Source: Felis catus (Eukaryota). Taken from it: a DNA stretch of 64,000 bases. The first letter of the stretch is position 1, and the number at the start of each line of letters is the position of its first letter. The stretch lies in assembly GCF_018350175.1 (NCBI RefSeq), contig NC_058373.1, positions 109,370,001 through 109,434,000 on the forward strand, written 5' to 3'. Below are positions 60,955 to 64,000 of the stretch, one piece after another. The translations under genes were made by a program, and so were the position numbers. The notes beneath the pieces are model-generated. The model had not been told where the DNA came from and did no database searches. It saw only the letters and a program-made list of their open reading frames with translations.

Positions 60955-61630
60955 TGAGGGAATCTTAAAGTGGTTAAATACCACTTTAACCAAGAGACCA
61001 AAGTTAACACCACCAATAATCAGGTAAACTGGCATCATTTGCCTCCTGACATGGTACACAGAACACAACCCTAACTTTTATAGTATCCCTACCAAAAACA
61101 CATAACCTGAATCTGATCCTTAGGGAACATCAGATTAACACAAAGTGAGGAGTATTTTACAAAACATTGGTGTATATTCTTCAAAAATCCCATCTTGAAA
61201 GACAAAGGCGGAGTAACTGTCCAAACTAAAGAAGACTTAAAGAGACATAATGACTAAAAGAAATGCATGATCTTCGGTTGGATCTTCTATTGGAGGGAAA
61301 ATTGCTATGAAGAACTTTGAATACAGACTGCAAATAACAAAATGGTATTACAAAGATGATATATTTCCTGGATTTGATAATTATACTGTGGCTATCGATG
61401 AGAATGAGCTCAGTCTCAGGAAACACGTTTAAATATTTAGAAGTAAAGGAATATGATGTCTGCACTATAGTCTCAAAGATTCAGGAAAGACTATATATGT
61501 ATAAAGAGAGAAGTCATGATAAAGCAAATATGGCAAAAATGTTACTAATTGGTGATTCTGGATTAAGGATTTGTGGGAGATCTTTGTACTATTCTTGCAA
61601 CTTCTCTTTAAATTTATAGTTATTTTAAAT
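60955..61630 (+). mobile_element. Old L1MC/ME 3' region
   Basis: 'taaccaagagaccaaagttaacaccacc', 'cataacctgaatctgatc', 'gataaagcaaatatggcaaaaatgtta', 'tgtactattcttgcaacttc'. Confidence 0.75.
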
Positions 61631-62429
61631 GTTAGAATATTTAAACTTAACTCTTAAAATATGAGGTTATTAAGACTTGAAAGATGAGAAAACTTGTCAT
61701 TGTTTTCAATATGCACCAGCTTGGTTAATAATGCTGGTGAGTTCTAGAACTAAAAAAGAAAAGTTTATCTCTTAACAAACTAAGAATGTAGATCATTAGA
61801 GCTATTCATTAAACAGATAGTTTTAAGTATTCATGTACAAGTTCAAAACAGATATTTTTTCAGAGCACCCTTCTTTCCCACTCACTTCATGGGAAATACC
61901 TGAGAATGTTTTGAGTGAACACTCTTAACCATCTAACAGCCAGAAAGCAAACTTCGTGAGTCAGTACTATGTATGGTACGTTCCAAATCCAAAGATCCAT
62001 GGCTGCTCTACAAATCCATGCCTTCAGCATTGCTGGCCCACGTTATGCATCAGATACTGTGTTGTTTGTGGGTCAACTCAGAGCACAACCATAGTTTCCA
62101 ATGAACCACCAGTCTTCGGATATCTCCAGCCCAGACCTCCCCTGAGCTGCCATTCCACATGGAGCACAGCCTACTGTACATCTTCACTTGGATGTCTCAC
62201 AGGCATCTTAACCTGTACCTGCCAAACAGCACACTTGACATTCTCCTCCATTCTTTCTCTGTTTTAATAAATGTTGAATCTTCCAGTTGGCTCAGGGAGA
62301 AACATGGTTGTCACCTCTGCATCTTCCATCTTATCTTCCACCTTCTACCAACAGCCAATCAGTTATCAAGTCCTGCTAGCTCTCACCTCTAAATATCTTC
62401 ATCTACTTCCTCATGTCCATCCAAGAGAG

Positions 62430-62635
62430 GCAAGTTAGCTTACTAATTAAGATCATGAATGATGGAATCAGAATACTTGGATTGAAATCCAAGTTCCAAA
62501 CTCATAACTGTGTAGCCTTGGACACGTTACGTTGCCTCATTGTGCCTCAGTTTCCTCATCTATAAAATTGCGACAAATAATAGTATCTACTCCATATGAT
62601 TCTTATAGTAAGTACTCAATAAATATTAAGTATTA
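62430..62635 (+). mobile_element. MIR remnant inside L2-like sequence
   Basis: 'tgtgcctcagtttcctcatctataaaa', 'aataatagtatctac', 'agtactcaataaatatta'. Confidence 0.75.
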
Positions 62636-62979
62636 CTGTCTCCTTTGCCACCACTCCAGTCTAAATCACCATCACCACTCACATAGACCAGCCTTTTGTT
62701 GATCTCCCTAATTCCACATTTGTACCTCTCTAACCAATACAAGAACTAAGTGATCTTTATTAAAAACACTTGTAAGTATCTCAGTCCTCCATTTAATGTG
62801 TTCCAGTAGCTTCCCATTGCCCTTGAAGACAATTCAAACATTTTTCCAAAGCCTACATGTTTCTGCATGACATAGCCTAAGGTTTCTCCAACCTTTGACA
62901 GCTGAAGACCACATAATGGGCAGTCAGCTGACACAGTGCTACAAATTTTAGGTCAAAAAAAAAAAAAAAGAAGAAGTGA

Positions 62980-63250
62980 GGGCACCTGGTTGGTTCAGTT
63001 GGTTGAGGGTCTGACTCTTGATTTCAGCTCAGGTCATGATCCCAGTCATGATCCCCATGGGAATAAGCCCTGCATCAGGCTCTGTGCTGTGCATGGAGTC
63101 TACTTCAGATTCTGTCCCTTTCTCCCTATGCCCCTCTCCCTTGCTCATGCTCTTTCTCTAAAATTAAAAAAATTTTAAATTTTTTAAAAATTAAAAATAA
63201 AAAATCAAAGACTCAATCCAATATTAAAAAATAAAAATACAGTTTAAAAA
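62980..63250 (+). mobile_element. Can-SINE with a long degenerate A tail
   Basis: Head 'gggcacctggttggttcagttggttgag', CT tract. Confidence 0.9.
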
Positions 63251-63337
63251 TAAAAATGAAAGTGGTTACACGTAAGCAAGAGGTAGTATAATTGTTTGCA
63301 ATTTTTCACCAAAGCATCTAGCTCTATGTCAACTTAC

Positions 63338-63390
63338 ATCAGTTTCTATCCACATGGAAATAAGATGGGTTTTTTTCCTATTTTCTATTT
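63338..63390 (-). CDS. Candidate exon (53 nt, phase 1 to 0): IENRKKTHLISMWIETD
   Basis: Consensus donor 'GAT|gtaagt', acceptor 'aaaatttcttag'; only one frame open. Confidence 0.35.
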
Positions 63391-64000
63391 CTAAGAAATT
63401 TTAAAATTCCAAAATACAAGTGTAAACATCAGGAATGGCAATCTAGGATGGATCTTCAGACAGCTCACAACTGAATTTTTCACCAAAGATTCCTTTAAAG
63501 CTCTGTCAGATGCTGAGTCAAGGAACACAGCACACACAAAAGCAGAAAGGTTAGCAACTTGATCCAGTTCTCTCAACTAACTCTGACAGCATCCAATTCT
63601 AACAGCATTTCTTCAGGTAGCATTTAGATACGGTTTTCAGATATACCCCTATAACACATAATTAGTTTTTCCTGGGACTAGTGAAGAATATGATCATGTG
63701 CTGGGAAAAAATTCACATTCTCAGCAACGGAGCTCTTTTCACTGTAGGTCAATCTTAGAGCAAACTCTGTCATTTTACCTTCAACATTTAAAATCTTGAT
63801 ATGCCAGCTTTCAAATAATGGATCAGACTGTTTAAGGTTCTGTTATCAGTAATATGTACCATTTGAGCAAACCACTTGAAAACTTATGTCAATGACATAA
63901 AGCTGTCATTATCAGATCATCATGAAGAAATATTTTTATCTCTTCCCTCATTGCAAATGCTTGTGAACACCTTCCTTCTCACCAACAATTCTCCTTCTAT

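Noticed and set aside
4063..63178. Recurring ORF family MAQSVKRPTSAQVMIS... / MGQRETEHE...
   Set aside because: These are translations of Can-SINE copies, not a protein family.
1..64000. CRISPR arrays, operons, rRNA or true tRNA genes, intact retrovirus, numt
   Set aside because: None seen. The DNA is mammalian, tRNA-like motifs are all SINE heads, and LTRs are solo or degraded with no gag/pol/env ORF.

Overview
This is AT-rich mammalian genomic DNA, almost certainly felid: it carries about 28 tRNA-derived carnivore Can-SINEs, including young SINEC_Fc-type copies, plus carnivore L1 3' fragments. Most of the window is intron-like and dominated by interspersed repeats (Can-SINE, L1, L2, MIR, MaLR/ERVL LTRs, hAT DNA transposons) and microsatellites. 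None of the supplied ORFs looks like an intact single-exon gene. By eye I found several short minus-strand segments with splice-site flanks and usually one open frame (about 63.4, 59.8, 56.0, 55.2, 47.7, 45.5 and 16.0 kb). They may be exons of a large-intron gene that I could not name. The most notable local structures are a near-perfect 23-bp pre-miRNA-like hairpin (60548-60604), inverted L1 copies bracketing a candidate exon, a perfect 52-bp tandem duplication across a SINE junction, and several motif clusters (ACGTGG x4, RFX/POU, CTCF). I found no convincing novel multi-gene system. Repeat family names come from remembered consensus sequences and old-repeat boundaries are approximate.
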